Assembly (NCBI GenBank): GCA_043767805.1
Contig: JAYUGC010000044.1
Span: 1 to 16,145, forward strand
Direction of reading: 5' to 3'
Length of the DNA stretch: 16,145 nucleotides
DNA from: Pseudomonadota bacterium
GTDB lineage: Bacteria > Bdellovibrionota > FAC87 > UBA2466
Under the pieces are notes generated by a model, which saw only the letters and a program-made list of their open reading frames with translations, was not told the DNA's origin and made no database searches. A program made the position numbers and the translations under genes. The stretch's first letter is position 1. The number at the start of each line of letters is the position of its first letter. Below, piece after piece: positions 15,597-16,145 of this stretch.

Positions 15597-16145
15597 ATGT
15601 CGAATAAACCGATCTTCTCGATAACGTCCAACATGCTCCTTCGGTGCACCGAGATCACCCAATTGCTAGGTCGTTACGAAGGGCTGATGAGTCCCCGCCC
15701 CCAGCCTTTGCTGCGTCGGCAAAATCGAATCCGCACCATCCGGGACAGTCTGGCGATTGAGGGAAACCGGCTTACGCTCGACCAAGTGAGCGCCATTTTC
15801 GATGGAAAAAAAGTCTTAGGCCCGTTGAGAGAGATCCTGGAAGTCACGAACGCGATCAAAGTCTACGAGAAAGCTCCCTTCTTTGATCCTTCGTCGTCCA
15901 AGGCCCTGCGAAAGGCGCACGGGATTTTGATGAAGGGGCTCGTCGAAGACGCAGGGCAATGGCGGGCAACCGATGTCGGAATTTTGAAGGGCTCGAAAGT
16001 GTCCCACCTTGCTCCCCCCGCAAGACTCGTGGCGGGACTCATGGAAGATCTTTTTCTGTATCTGAAGAACGAGAAGGCTATTCACGCGCTCATCAAGTCC
16101 AGCATCTTTCACTACGAGCTTGAGTTCATCCATCCGTTTTCGGAC
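15597..16145 (+). CDS. Fic-family protein (AMPylase), 3'-truncated by window edge; absent from the ORF track
   Basis: Manual translation is open for 183 codons: MSNKPIFSITSNMLLRCTEITQLLGRYEG...RIRTIRDSLAIEGNRLTLDQV...AGQWR...HYELEFIHPFSD. It ends at the start of the Fic motif HPFxDGNGR and includes the inhibitory motif SLAIEGN. Confidence 0.93.
   Translation, partial: MSNKPIFSITSNMLLRCTEITQLLGRYEGLMSPRPQPLLRRQNRIRTIRDSLAIEGNRLTLDQVSAIFDGKKVLGPLREILEVTNAIKVYEKAPFFDPSSSKALRKAHGILMKGLVEDAGQWRATDVGILKGSKVSHLAPPARLVAGLMEDLFLYLKNEKAIHALIKSSIFHYELEFIHPFSD

Larger units (their letters stand above)
13918..16145. mobile_element. Left end of an integrative element or prophage-like island inserted at the tRNA-Asp 3' end
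   Basis: The integrase stop lies 8 nt after the tRNA CCA. An xis-int pair and a Fic cargo gene follow, GC is visibly lower than in the flanking housekeeping genes, and no terminator follows the tRNA. Confidence 0.8.

Noticed and set aside
15674..16133. Minus-strand ORFs 15674-15859 and 15816-16133
   Set aside because: They are antisense to the clear Fic gene on the + strand.
1..16145. CRISPR array or IS element
   Set aside because: No regularly spaced repeats, transposase motifs or terminal inverted repeats were seen.

Overview
GC-rich bacterial chromosomal window. The key feature is a compact microcin C (McC)-like peptide-nucleotide locus at about 870-4852. It contains an unannotated heptapeptide precursor ORF (MNDQSWN*, 3735-3758, ending in Asn like MccA) directly upstream of a full-length MccB-like ThiF adenylyltransferase (probable true start GTG 3782) whose ATP-site motifs are unusually substituted. 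Divergent from these, across an AT-rich palindromic operator, are a putative winged-helix/EgtD-type (Methyltransf_33) methyltransferase fusion and an MFS-like membrane protein. The rest of the window holds the 3' part of a TPR protein, an aldehyde dehydrogenase, an operon of two thioredoxin-fold proteins, a DUF6029-like barrel, a c-type cytochrome and an AAC(6')-like GNAT, then 2-oxoacid:ferredoxin oxidoreductase alpha/beta and a small secreted repeat protein. It ends with tRNA-Asp(GTC) and the left end of an element integrated there (tyrosine integrase, excisionase, and a Fic protein missed by the ORF track). All family assignments come from motif recognition by eye, not from database searches.
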